From assembly GCF_964204645.1 (NCBI RefSeq), contig NC_134036.1, forward strand, positions 9,155,859-9,219,858: DNA of 64,000 nucleotides, given 5' to 3'. A model generated the notes under the pieces. It had not been told where the DNA came from, searched no databases, and saw only the letters and a program-made list of their open reading frames with translations. Position 1 is the stretch's first letter, and every line of letters begins with the position of its first letter. The DNA comes from Tubulanus polymorphus (Eukaryota > Animalia > Nemertea). The position numbers and the translations under genes were made by a program. Below are positions 1 through 12,483 of this stretch, in pieces.

Positions 1-535
1 ATTATTATAAACACTTTTGATTCGAAAATAAATTGTGATAAATTATCAATCCTAAAATCATTCTATTACCGTTATACTAATTTTTATCAATAATTTATCT
101 AATTCTATTATGATACAGGAAAAAGCGAAACAACAATGTCTCCCTATACTTCCGTTTTTTCCTTTCATAAAATGTAGCCGGGAGAATCGGTTAGTAACAG
201 CGAGATCCCTTCATGGGCCACTATTAATACACGGCATTGTTCCGACCCAACCAAATATAATTCCGTCTATTCCAAAGTTTTATATATATGTATATAAATT
301 TCTGAATGTTTTTCAGATATCGCAGCGGAAGAACCGAGAAAATTTTATTTTCAAACCAGGCTGATGCATTATGGTCAGCGCTGATAGATTGAAGCATCAA
401 ACAGCATAAAACAACAACTTGCGTTATTCTTACTACATCGTTTGTTGTCTGACACCCATAAAGAAACACCAACGCATACAAGAAACCAAGATTACGAACC
501 TTTCTTAGCTACTACGATATCTTGCTGCGGATCAC
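1..535 (-). repeat. Diverged inverted copy of the dispersed repeat at 23600-24860 / 55334-56800 (runs off window start)
   Basis: Reverse complement aligns by eye with 23600-24130 (shared cattgttccgacccaaccaaatat, gatcccttca, gtagccggga). Confidence 0.8.
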
Positions 536-1299
536 TTTGGTACAACAGTAGGCTCTAGAGTACCAATGATTGATTTTGATGCTGATTAAACATACACTCA
601 TGTAAATTACGGAAAGTCCATTTTCAGAATTTCGTTACTTGTAATTTCGTATTTGACATTATGGTGGAAATAGGGAGGTGATCAGAAATCTTATGAAGAA
701 GGACACCTATATTACTCATTAAGTTTACCATTAAGTTTACCATTCAATATGTTAAACTTTGTTATCATTTGAATACCCCTGCAGTATTCCAAAAAAATAA
801 ACATTTGCAGCAAGATTCCGCATGTGTTGCATTAGGAGTACCATATAAAATAGCAGAAAATCAATCTGCATACCCTGAGTTGGTTGCTCAGCATAAGAGT
901 AAAAACCATAACAGGAATATTTTCCTTACGGCTGACGCACATCTCTTATATTGATGATTTTGAAAATCTTCACAGACGGATCATTTTTGGTAACAACCCG
1001 ATCATTGGTTTATTTTTCACTCTTAGTTTATTTTTAAATCTAGTTAAAACACATAATTTGACGCTTGAGTTACAACGGAATATGAAAATTCTATTCGAGC
1101 TTTTTCTTAAAGCACACGAGTCGTCGGTAAGCTATGGTTGAGTTTCGATATTTCCCAATTCACCAAAAGTATATCCGATAATAAACCAACACTACGAATG
1201 ATTAGGAACATACTCCGTTACTACAATTGTAACTGCGCTCATTACTTTCGTCACACATATTATTGTTTTCCTCGCATCTGTCGTATCCTAAAAGCGTGA

Positions 1300-3830
1300 A
1301 ATTGAGTTTAAAAATACTGTATTGACCCCCAGTCACGAATGAAAACCGGTCAAAAAGACATTGAAAAAATTCAGCTCAAATTCTATAAAGACTTATATAG
1401 AAAAGAAGAAACGGATTTAGAAACCCAAAATATATTCCTGACTAATTTACCTCAAATCTCTAATCAAAAGAAACTTCAGCATGACTCCGAAATAGATATC
1501 GACGAATTAACAAATTCAGTAAAATCTTTTCAAAATAATAAATACCCCGGTATAGACGGACTACCTATTGAATTTTATAGAATATTTTGGCATACTCTCC
1601 GAAATGACTTTCTACAATTAATACATGCGTGTATACAAGAAAATAGACTTTCTAAATCAATGCAAACCGGTATTATATCATTAATTCATAAGAAAAATGA
1701 CAAAACAGACTTGAAAAATTGAAGACCAATCTCGATACTATGTACAGAACACAAAATATTCACAAAAGTTCTCGCTAACAGATTAATTAACTGCCTAACA
1801 AACAAAATACACCCAGATCAGGCATGTTGTGTTAAGGGACGTCGAATCCAAGACAATGGCCATATAATTAGAGACTTAATTGATTACGTTAATTATGATA
1901 ATTTAGAAGCATTTTTAGTAACCATCAATCAAATGAAAGCTTTCGATCGCTTTGACTGGCAATATATGTTCAAAACTTTAGAATCTTTCGGTTTTTGAGA
2001 AAATCTAATTCGATACATCAAAACTTGCTATTCAAATCCAAAATCTAGAATCAAAAGTAACGGCTTCTTAACTAAATCCTCACTTTAGAAAGAGGCGTAA
2101 GACAGGGGTGTCCCATGAGTGCAATACTCTACATAATAGCAGCGGAACCATTAGCAATCAAAATACGCGAAAATAACAATATCAAAGGAGTAAAATTACC
2201 AGACGACACAGAAATCGAAATCAAACAATACGCAGATGACACCACACTATGTCTAACCGACTTAGCAGGTGCAAAAATTAATGAAAATAAAACTGAATGT
2301 ATGTGGTTAGGATCTTAGAAAACTAGAAACGATAAACCTTTAGACTTAAATTGGAAGAAATCCATGAAGATTTATGGAATTCATTTCGGAAATGAGAATA
2401 GTGATGATTTAAACTGGTATCCGAAAATAAATAAAATTCAAAATGTCATAAATCTTTGGCGCCAAAATAAATTATCTTTACATGGCAAAAAGGTCGTCAT
2501 AAATTCTTTCATATTACCTATGTTATGGTACACTTCCGAAATTTTTCCAATCCCAGATAAATATATCAAAAACTTTTTGAACAAAAGTCATCATTTCCTA
2601 TGGGACAATGGAAAACGCCTTGTCGGTAAAGACATAATACACAAAACAATCGAACACGGAGGCCTCGACATACACAGCGTCAAAGACAGACAGCAAACAC
2701 AGGCAATTAAGACGATAATTAACCTTGCTTTTAAACCTAAACACTGGAAACCACTAATCAACTACAACCTGCAAAAATATCTAGGCCCAGGCTGGAATAT
2801 TTCAAGCATGATTCACAATGAAATACCAAAAGGAGTCATTACAAATGACTACTACAGACATCTATTAAAATCATGGACAGTTTTTCAACAACATCTAGTT
2901 CCAACTGAGACCATTACCGAAATTCTGCAAAAACCTATTTTTGGCAACCCAAAAATTAAACTCAACAAGAAAATCAGGTTTACAGAATACATACATCACG
3001 GTATAACCAATCTAAGACATCTATTCGATAATCATGGCAACTACAAAGCATTTAACGAAACACCATTAACAAATAGATTAAAACACACATGTATATACGA
3101 GCGATTCCGCAACATTGGAAACTAATTTTATCGGAACAAAATTTAGATCCTGGTGAATTACCAAAAATCTATGTGCAATTTGATAATATAGAATTTGATA
3201 ATATAGACTGTACTATAGGAAAACTTTCATCATCCCAAATTGATAGAATACTATTATTAAAAAATCTCCATCAAATCACACCGATTGGGCAAACCAAAAT
3301 TACTGAAATTCTAAATACTAATCTGAATTGGCCGGAAATTTGGAATGAAGTTTACAATAAACATATTGATAGACGGTATAGTGATATTCATTGGAAATTA
3401 CTACATAATACTCTTGCAACAGCTTCAAAATTAGTGTTTTGGAAAATTAAAACTGATCCAAATTGTAAAATTTGTGGACGCGCGGCTACAAATGACCATG
3501 TAGTATATTCATGCACAGAAGCACAGCAATTATATTCACGTATACAACCAATCTGTCAACGCATACTAAACGCACCTATAAATATCACTCAAGGCATCGT
3601 CTACACAGGAATTACTAAAACAATAGAAACAGATTTCTTCAAACACACACTCGCGAACTATCTTTTATTTCTCGCACAATCCATTTTGTACAAAAATCCT
3701 TACAATCTAGAACAAGGCTCTGGACGCATCAACACGATAATTTATCTCAAAAACTCACTAATAGATCGCCTAAACCAAGAAATCATGCTTCAACAAAACC
3801 TTCATATTTGGAGTCTTAACAATATACATA
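1300..3830 (+). mobile_element. Decayed L1/Tx1-clade non-LTR retrotransposon ORF2 (RT and C-terminal zinc-binding region), 5' truncated
   Basis: ORF fragments with KYPGIDGLPIEFY, [W]RPISIL, KAFD, RGVRQGCPMS, QYADDTT, EHGGLDI, CKICG...TNDHVVYSC; multiple stops and frameshifts. Confidence 0.92.
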
Positions 3831-4276
3831 TACATAGTGGAGCAAGTAAGCGGACTGAATGCAGTAAACAGAATCACAATCGATACGATTAGCGAAGTCT
3901 AACCCAATTAAACCCAACGCCATTTTCTTTTATTAAATACACCTACATACCCCGATTTTGACACTTGGGGTATTTTTTGATATAGATCGAACTGGAATGA
4001 CGGTCTATCAATACGCATAGAACTTTCTAACCACTTTTGCTTTATTTCACCACATACGCATTACATAAGTTTACTGTTACTGATGTTTTGATTGTGAACT
4101 CAGTCCCACAGCCGCGATAGCTGGAAAGCTGCCTCCGTTTTTTGGCTTCGGGATAGCAAGCTCAGTCTATCTCAGACTATCGCGCAATGGTGACTGGAAA
4201 GTTGCCTCTTGATATCGGTCTCATTAAAAGCTACCAAAAACCTAATCGTGACAATGTAAATAAACCCGATCAAGAC

Positions 4277-4628
4277 TGTAAAAATATCAATTATATTCAA
4301 TATCCACCAATAATCATCATTATCTTTCTTCACATTTTTCATATCAATTAAATCTCCTTGCCACTGTTGATCTACATAACTTACCATAGTTTTACGAGTT
4401 TTATATTTTCTAACAATTTTTTTATGTGTTGTGTATGTTGGTTGTTCTAACATAAATTCATTTATATCTTTATATTTAACTAAATTTTGTGGGATTATCT
4501 TATCTAATTTATCTTGTTTTACTTGACGCCATATATTTTTGGTAGAAGAATAAGCAACCGAACTTCCAGGGTTGTAATATAAGTTATAAATATTGTTCTT
4601 TAGTATTAGGAGTTTTTTTACCACCCAT
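4277..4628 (-). pseudogene. Retroviral-like (rve) integrase, N-terminal part only
   Basis: LYYNPGSSVAYSS...QPTYTTHKKIVRKY...VDQQWQGDLIDM...WWILNIIDIF, the Polinton integrase pattern with the first catalytic D; similarity stops at ~4277. Confidence 0.88.
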
Positions 4629-4658
4629 TTATATATCGTTAATTTTAACTTTATATTT

Positions 4659-5907
4659 CTAATATTGAATACTATCTAATTGTGAATTTACAATATTTAA
4701 TTGTGCGTCAGATATAATATAAATGTGCATTTTGAAATTTTTGTCTTCTCTTTTCTTTGCCATGAAAAATTGTATTCCATCTTAAGTGTTCTGTAGTTTT
4801 TTCCCAGAACAATGTAATGAATTATCCTCTGTTATTCTAAAATCTAACCATAATGCATATCTATTACCGGTACAATAATCAATTTGATTAATATTACAAT
4901 TTTCAGATGATTTTACTTTTTCATTCATAAAATGTTTTCTAATTTCTGGCCATTGATCTATCATTCTCATTCCTTGACAAAATATTTTATTTGCTATTCC
5001 TTCGATAGTTATTTCTACTTTTGTTATTTCAGGATTATAATAATTATCTACCTTTATTGCACCATTAGAATATGTTACAATGGTAAAAAAATATTAATAT
5101 ACCTTTAATAGATCTTCTTGGGAAGTTAATATTCTCATTAATTATTTCATCATTTGCATTAATAGTTACAGTTTTAAATTTATCAATATAATCATATAAT
5201 AATGAAAATCCTTGATTGTATTGTGTTTGAATTGCGTTAGCAATATTTTCATTAGTTACTGTATTATATTCTAAACATATATTCGATAATTTATAACCCA
5301 TATCTTTAGCAACGCTAGATAATACAATTTCATTTACAGGAGCAAATGTTATCTCACATATGATATCTTCTTGAATTATATATTTATATGAAGGTGCATT
5401 ATTATTTATCAATTCAAAGTCTAATGGAATTTTATATTTGCTTCCATAAATCTTTTTAATCAAATTATCTACATCATTAGCTACTACTGCATTATTGGCT
5501 TCAGATCTTAATTTATTTTGGTTTTCTGATTGGATGCCTTGAAATATCATATTATTTCTATTTTCTTTAGTTAACCATAAATCTTTATAATGCATAAATA
5601 AATTATAATCATCTAATGAGAAAACTGTTTCTGGGCTAATCTTTATAGTTAATTCTTTAATCAAATATCTTCCGACATTATCAACAACATAATTATTATC
5701 ATTACCGGTTACTTTTATATCGGCTGATAAATAAATACTATTTGGAACATAAAAAGTATTTTGTGTTAATCTAGGAATTCTAACATATAAAGTTTCATCG
5801 GGATTAATATTTGAAGGATTATGAGTGATTATATGATGTGATCTTTCTGCTTTAATAGCATTAGATATTCTATGATTCTTAGAAGGATTGATATAACTCC
5901 CACTCAT
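4659..5907 (-). pseudogene. Putative double-jelly-roll major capsid protein (hexon-like), frameshifted
   Basis: ORFs 5065-5907 and 4782-4970 join into ~415 codons rich in beta strands (NPSNINPDETLYVRIP, LIKELTIKI, YYNPEITKVEITIEG, YALWLDFR, HIYIISDAQLNI); size and context fit a Polinton/PLV MCP. Confidence 0.7.
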
Positions 5908-5947
5908 TTATTTAACAAAAAAATTAATTATTTATTTTTTATCATGT

Positions 5948-7386
5948 TTACTTGATATTTTTTGATATCATATTAACTAACCCAAAAATAATTGCACTTA
6001 CAACTGTAATTAAAAATAAAATGATATGTTCAGCAGCAAAGTTAAGAATATTACCTGCAGATTTCAATATAAAACCAACAATTGATGCAATAATTCCTGG
6101 TAAAGCTGCAGCAGATTTTTTAGATAGTTTCCATGAATAATTTGCTAATTTCTTTAAACCATCTTTAACTTTATCTTGTATAGAACTATTATCCGGGGGT
6201 TTATCTGGTTTATTGGGAGTAGGAGTAGATTTCAGTGAATTTGATATAGCTAAACCAATTGTTGTAAATAACATAGTTACAGCTGTTAGAATTGAAAGAA
6301 TTGTTATTCCTTCTAATTTAAATAATAATTTTGTTCTATTTTCAATGATATTTCAGAATATGGTTTTATCAACAAATTTTAAAAAATAACTTTTAATCTA
6401 TTAATAATATAATCATTTGATTTTAATAATGATTTAATTTCATCTTTTTGTAATTCTAAATTATCTTTTAAATTATTAATTTCTTTTTCTAAACGTAATT
6501 CTTTTTGCCTATATTCTATTTCATCAATTACTTGATGATCTAAATCAGACTTTAATTGTTCTATTTCTTTATTTTTATCAGTTAATTCTTTTTCTAAAAA
6601 TCTAATTTTAAAATATCTTATACTTTTATTATGTGCAATTTTATCAGCTTCATTTCTTATACTAATAATTTCTCTAATTGTTTCATCAGAAAACATATTT
6701 AAATCTTCTAATTGTTGATCTGTTGCATCAATTAATCCATTCGGTAAAAGTTTTTCAATTGGAACTTTATTTGATTTAAGTTTATTAGTTTCGGAAGTTA
6801 TATTCTGTTCAGAAGTTGTTTCTGTTTCTGATTTCTTTTTGATTATTTCAAATAATTCATTAATTCTTTGTTTAAATACGTCTATATCATAACTAGTTAA
6901 TACTTGTTTTATAACATCAGTTATTACATTACTATTACTAATTCTTTTGATTCTATCTGGATCTTAATCACTCAAAGTTGATTTTGTTGATATTTAATTT
7001 TTATTATTTTTATAAGTGATATCAATATAATAATCACCTTTCAATTGATAATACCATTTACCATTATCTAAAAAATTTAATTGATCTGCTAAAGGTCCAA
7101 CGTCTTCATCATTTATGTTAAGTTTAGAATTTTCAATTATACGTTCTAATTTAGGTATTTTGTTTAAATTATCTAAATCATGTTTTACTAAATCTGGGTC
7201 TAAATCTTCAGGATTTAATTGTGATTCTGCATTTTTAATATAATCAGGCATATTTAAATTATTATTATATCCTGGCTCATTACCGTCATTAAAACTTGTT
7301 TCACTAAAATCAGGTTGTTGTTCATCAGTTATGCCAGGTTCATCAAAATTATCCATTCCAATATCTTCTCCACCTTCTACATCCAT
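5948..7386 (-). pseudogene. Viral protein with acidic N-terminus, coiled coil and C-terminal hydrophobic helices (fragmented)
   Basis: ORFs 6994-7386, 6379-6696 and 5948-6274 are collinear and share a single upstream ATAAATG start motif. Confidence 0.6.
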
Positions 7387-7402
7387 TTATATAATAAAGA
7401 AA

Positions 7403-8704
7403 TTAAAATTTAAAATATAATATTCCTCCTATAACAATTCCTATACAAGTTAAAGCTAATTTAGTATTTTCATGGGATTTATTATCATTATCAGTTTTAA
7501 TTATATCACGTTGAATATTATCAGTTTTAATATTTTCTGTAGTATTGTAATCTTTTATTTTGGAAACATTATCCAATTTAATATTTTTAGTTTTAGTTTC
7601 TGTTAATTGAATATGTTTTTTATTTGTTTCACCTTCCATTAATTTTGGAGCAGTAATAATCTTTTTATTTATATCATTTAATCCAAATGAATTTTTTATT
7701 GTTGCAGTTTTAATTAGATTATTATAACCAATTATATTTCCCATCTTTAATACTAAATCATTAGAAATAATTAATAGATTAGGGCCTATACAATAATTTA
7801 ATCTAATATGTGATTTATCTAAATAATTTTGATATCTTACAATGTTTTCTGGAATCGATCTATTTTTATCATTATGAATGGAATCTTCAAATAATACTTT
7901 GAATTGTTTCTGCGCATCAAAAGAAGTACTATCATTTCCAACTATTGGTGATCTTGTTTCAACTTGTGCACCTAAAATACAAATTAAATAAGTTCTAATT
8001 GATTGATTTATTCTTTGTATACCAGGTTTTGTAAAACCTTCACCATTATCTATAGTAAAATTATTCCAACCATCATCATTATCGATTTTATAATTATGAT
8101 AAGCTGAAATTCTATGCATATAATCGATTATTTTTATTTCATACTCTTCACCAACACCTTGCAATTTACCATGCGCTCTAAAATCGGAATTAATATTTAT
8201 ATTAAATTCATTACATATTTTATAAAACTTTGATAGATTTATATTATTATCCAATTCTTTAAAATATTTCGATCCAGGTAAAGGACATTCTAATTCATTT
8301 AATATAACTCTAATTTGAAAGTATGCATGAAATCTAAATATTGTATGAATGAATTTTAAATCTGAATAAGACAAATTGTTATATAAATTATTCAAGTGAT
8401 CATTTCAACTTATACCACACCCTGTTGTTGCACAATAAACAGCAAAATTTAATTGATTCTGCCAATATTTCATATTAGATTTTATTTTATATATATTATA
8501 TTCATCTCGAGTAAAAGTAACTTCATATGTATTAAATATATTTTCCATTCTAGAAATGAAAAACTTTTTTTCAGTAACATAAATTTCTAAATTAATCAAT
8601 GAAGGTGAAACTACATTTTTATGTGTTATAATACTATTAAAATCTATAGGTGGAATTAAATATCTATATGATTTATTATATTGGAAAGCTTTTGGAAACC
8701 CCAT
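7403..8704 (-). pseudogene. Polinton-like uncharacterised protein with C-terminal TM anchor (split by stop/frameshift)
   Basis: ORFs 8405-8704 (WQNQLNFAVYCATTGCGIS) and 7403-8395 (RINQSIRTYLICILGAQ ... LALTCIGIVIGGILYFKF). Confidence 0.6.
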
Positions 8705-8739
8705 TTATATAATTGAAAAATTAATAATTTATTAATTCT

Positions 8740-9155
8740 TTTAATAATTTATCTTGTTCTTCAACCGTTATATGGCCATTTAAACTTATTATATAATCTA
8801 GTGCATTCTTCAATTTATTAATTTCTTTTATATTAGTTTTAATTTTTTCTTTATTACTTTTTTATATTTAATTTTGAACTTATGCCGGTTAAAACACTTG
8901 AACTTAAACCTAACACACCAATTGATATAGCTAAAGGTGTTAATGGTGAGAATACCGTCGAAATGTTATTACAGAACTAATTGTAACTGAACCACTAATA
9001 ATAAGATAATATATAATTTTACTTTTTAAATATTTTTTCTTTTTTATCTTTAAGTCACTTTCAAATTCTAATATTTGTTTTTCTAAATATATTTTTAATT
9101 TAGTTTTATTTATATCATGAGGAATAATATCAATATTATCAACTTTTTCATCCAT
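8740..9155 (-). pseudogene. Small viral membrane protein (two hydrophobic segments, frameshifted; left end approximate)
   Basis: ORF 8940-9155 continues after a frameshift as PLAISIGVLGLSSSVLTGISSK. Confidence 0.5.
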
Positions 9156-9174
9156 TTATTTAACAAAAAAATTA

Positions 9175-9597
9175 CTAATTAGTAAATTTATATGCAACAA
9201 ATATAACAATAACTGTTCCACCTAAAATCCAAATTATTTCATATTTCTTTTGTTCTTTACTTGGGGAATAATAATCTAATAATTTAGGTTGGTATAGATG
9301 TAATTTTTCTTTATTGGTTACCGCGTTATATAAACTCATTGCATCATCAACTGATTGGAAATCTCTATGTGAAATCTTCTGATCATATAATTCTTTATTG
9401 ATGTAATCCATATAGTTTTGCCTCTTTTCTCTGTATTCTTCTGCTGCTTTATTACATTTCTCTAATGCTATGTTATGTCTTTTTTGTTCTTCTAATGAAC
9501 TATTTTTATCTATATGCCTAAATAAATAACTACCACCAGTAAATGCTAAAGCGTTAACAATTGCTGTTCCTATAATAGTTAGAATTACAGAAGCCAT
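9175..9597 (-). CDS. Small viral protein with N- and C-terminal hydrophobic segments and central coiled coil
   Basis: Intact 140 aa ORF: MASVILTIIGTAIVNALAFTGG...EEQKRHNIALEK...IIWILGGTVIVIFVAYKF. Confidence 0.7.
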   Translation of the reverse strand: MASVILTIIGTAIVNALAFTGGSYLFRHIDKNSSLEEQKRHNIALEKCNKAAEEYREKRQNYMDYINKELYDQKISHRDFQSVDDAMSLYNAVTNKEKLHLYQPKLLDYYSPSKEQKKYEIIWILGGTVIVIFVAYKFTN

Positions 9598-9621
9598 TCA
9601 TTTAGAAAAAAAATTACGTAA

Positions 9622-9843
9622 TTATATAGGAGGAATATATTTTTGTTTTTCCAAATAATCAATAGTTAAACTAGATAAAGTAACTGCTAATGTTAATTTT
9701 AAGATATCATTTATATCAAATCTATCAACATTAACACTTCCCATTTTAAATACTTTTTTTAATACCATTGAATAACCAACAGTTCCAACTGATAGTAATG
9801 CTCCATTATATAAGCCAGTTATTATCCACTTATTATCACTCAT
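9622..9843 (-). CDS. Small hydrophobic viral protein (73 aa)
   Basis: Intact ORF with two amphipathic/hydrophobic helices; TAAATG start. Confidence 0.65.
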   Translation of the reverse strand: MSDNKWIITGLYNGALLSVGTVGYSMVLKKVFKMGSVNVDRFDINDILKLTLAVTLSSLTIDYLEKQKYIPPI

Positions 9844-10203
9844 TTATTTATCAAAAAAATTACTATATTCAAAATATTTAGTTATCTTATTTATGATTAA
9901 ATCAACATTTATTTCATTACTACTTTTATGATTATCATATATTTCAATTATTATTTTTTTTATATCATCCATGATAAAATCTTCATCTAATTCATAAAAT
10001 CTTAAAGATTCTCTAATTAAATTAGAAATCTTTTCTGCATTTAAAGTTTCTTTATCTATTGTTGTTTCATACTTAAATGTTGTTTCATTAGAAAATGCAA
10101 TATTTTTAATATGTGTTATTCCATCATTAATGTTAAATTTCATTTCATTCTCACGTTTAAAATCAAATCCAAAACATATACTCGGTCCAACAGTTATATT
10201 CAT
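9844..10203 (-). CDS. Viral hypothetical protein (119 aa)
   Basis: Intact ORF preceded by the conserved TAATTTTTT-N-ATAAATG motif. Confidence 0.6.
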   Translation of the reverse strand: MNITVGPSICFGFDFKRENEMKFNINDGITHIKNIAFSNETTFKYETTIDKETLNAEKISNLIRESLRFYELDEDFIMDDIKKIIIEIYDNHKSSNEINVDLIINKITKYFEYSNFFDK

Positions 10204-10219
10204 TTATATAATGAAAAAA

Positions 10220-11011
10220 TTACTCTCTACATCTTATAACTAATTCATATATCACAGGAAAGTTATTTGAATCAATTAAATATCCATTATGATTTCTTAT
10301 TTCTAATTTAAAATTATTAAATTGTGGTATACAAGGTTTAAAATCACATTCAGCTAAATTATAATTTATTTGCGTTCCAAATTGTTTAACATTTTTTAAT
10401 GGTAGAATATTCAATATACTAGAATTACAAATTGTATCTTTTGTTGCTTCAAATGTTTTTGTAGGATCAATTAAATTGCAATAAATATAAAATTGTGTAA
10501 AAGGTATTAAATTTGATATACCGTATATGTTTCCGACATTAAGTTTATTTGGAAGAATTCCTAACAGTTTAGCAAAAGGTTTTTTTTACCAAGTAAGCAT
10601 GTCTTCTTGTAAATAAAGCAGGATTAATATTTTCATCATCAAACTTTACTTTAATTTCATTAGAGATCTCACTTTTTATGAATTTAATATTAAATTTAGA
10701 ATCACTACCTAATCCAATCCGAGATTTACTATTAATTTCTTTCGCTAATGTTTCTAAATTATATAATCCTGGTGTAAGCATAAGTTGAAACCATTTACTA
10801 CTAATTTTATCAAAAATAAAAAGGCTTCTATGTTCATCAGTTTTATCTGATATATTATAAAAAGAGTTACATAAACTTATATTTACTAATTTTCATTAAA
10901 ATCAACACAATTCTTAAATTCTCTATCTAATTGAACTAGTAAATTATGTGATTTATAATTTGTAAGTTTTCTAGAATCAACAAATATTCTGTATTCTTTT
11001 AATTCTACCAT
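10220..11011 (-). pseudogene. Putative single-jelly-roll minor capsid (penton-like) protein, fragmented
   Basis: Fragments LTPGLYNLETL, FYIYCNLIDP and FKLEIRNHNGYLIDSNNFPVIYELVIR resemble the usual Polinton penton pattern; ~260 codons. Confidence 0.55.
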
Positions 11012-11079
11012 TATTTATAACATAAAAAAATTACCGCTCATCACTAAAAATTAATTTTAATGAAATTTTTCCTCAATAA

Positions 11080-11946
11080 ATGGACAAGAAGATACCATGC
11101 GAAATTTGTGGTGAACTTCTAAGAAAAAGTAATATGGCTCGACATATGAAAAAACATGATGAAAATTATAAACCCCCTAAAATAAACTGCCCAAAATGTA
11201 ATAAATTATTCTCAAGAAATTATGTTAAAAAACATTCAGAGAAGTGTAAAATTAATGGCGCAACGGCTAATGTTGATAGTAACGAAAGTAATATATTTAT
11301 TAGTAATTCTGTTGAAGTTGAACCTGAAATTATTTGGAAAAGACCTTTCTTATTCTATGACAAGGATAATATAAAAGATCATTTCTGTGAGCCTTGTCGA
11401 AAAAAATATAACCCTGAAAATAAAGAAGATTGGGAGAATCATCAACTTCGTAAAGTACATATAGATAAAATTACTAATAAATTTGAAGCAGAATTCAATG
11501 AAAGAAAAAATAGTTTATTAGAAAAAATAAAATATGAGAAAACGTTACCAGATAATAAAGAAACAGTTAAAAAGTTAGAAAAACCATATAATGAATTAAC
11601 AAGAAAAACATATTATTGTAAATATTGTAAATTGATTATTACAACAAGTAATTCAAATCTACATAATAGAACAATAAAACATAATGAAAACGTAAGAAAA
11701 TACCAAGAGCTTAATGAAGATTTATTACCAATAAATTATAAACAAAAATGCCCACAATGTAATTATGCGACCTTAAGGCAAGAAGGTACTGTGTTATTTT
11801 GTAATGAATGTGGATGGCAAAAGAATTTATGGCGTGAAGAAAAAACTAGAGATTTTCTCATGGAACCAAAATTAAATTATCTAGATGAAATTTTTAAAAT
11901 ATTTTCTATAGAAGATCATACACCAGATTACAAGCAATGGCTTTAA
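11080..11946 (+). CDS. Viral multi-zinc-finger protein
   Basis: CEICG..HMKKH, CPKC..HSEKC, CEPC..HQLRKVH, CKYC..HNRTIKH, and a CPQC..CNECG zinc ribbon. Confidence 0.75.
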   Translation: MDKKIPCEICGELLRKSNMARHMKKHDENYKPPKINCPKCNKLFSRNYVKKHSEKCKINGATANVDSNESNIFISNSVEVEPEIIWKRPFLFYDKDNIKDHFCEPCRKKYNPENKEDWENHQLRKVHIDKITNKFEAEFNERKNSLLEKIKYEKTLPDNKETVKKLEKPYNELTRKTYYCKYCKLIITTSNSNLHNRTIKHNENVRKYQELNEDLLPINYKQKCPQCNYATLRQEGTVLFCNECGWQKNLWREEKTRDFLMEPKLNYLDEIFKIFSIEDHTPDYKQWL

Positions 11947-11959
11947 AAAAATGAAAATA

Positions 11960-12483
11960 ATAGAAAATAAAAATGGTGAAATAACTAGAAAAGATATTAT
12001 AAAAACAATTATTCCATCAACATTTAACACAAAACAAAAGAAAATGTATTTATATTTATTATTTAATGATTATTATGAAAAAACCTAAATTAACAGAAGA
12101 AGATATGGAAAATATAAAAAAAAACATTCAAACAAATATTAACGTATCATTTGGAAAATAGAATAACAGATTCAATTAATTATGAATTCTTTTTAAATAA
12201 GATTGTAAATTATTTAAACATCGATATTATAATTCCATTTGACGAATTAACAAACAAAAAGAAACAAAGAGAGCGAGATGAAATGTGGTACAAGATAGAA
12301 CTTTATTTAAATGAGAAAAATGGAATGGAAGAACCTAAACAAATTATACAAGAACAATTAAATGAAAATGAAGAAGCCAATATTGATTTCGAGTATGATG
12401 ATATTGATTTATATGGCCATAAGGTAATGATTTTATACCATCATCTAAAATATGCCTTTTATTGTCAAATGGATTCAAACTAG
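11960..12483 (+). pseudogene. Viral hypothetical ORF (or continuation of the zinc-finger gene), disrupted; 3' end overlaps PolB 3' end
   Basis: ORF 12151-12483 plus upstream AT-rich coding-like sequence. Confidence 0.4.
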
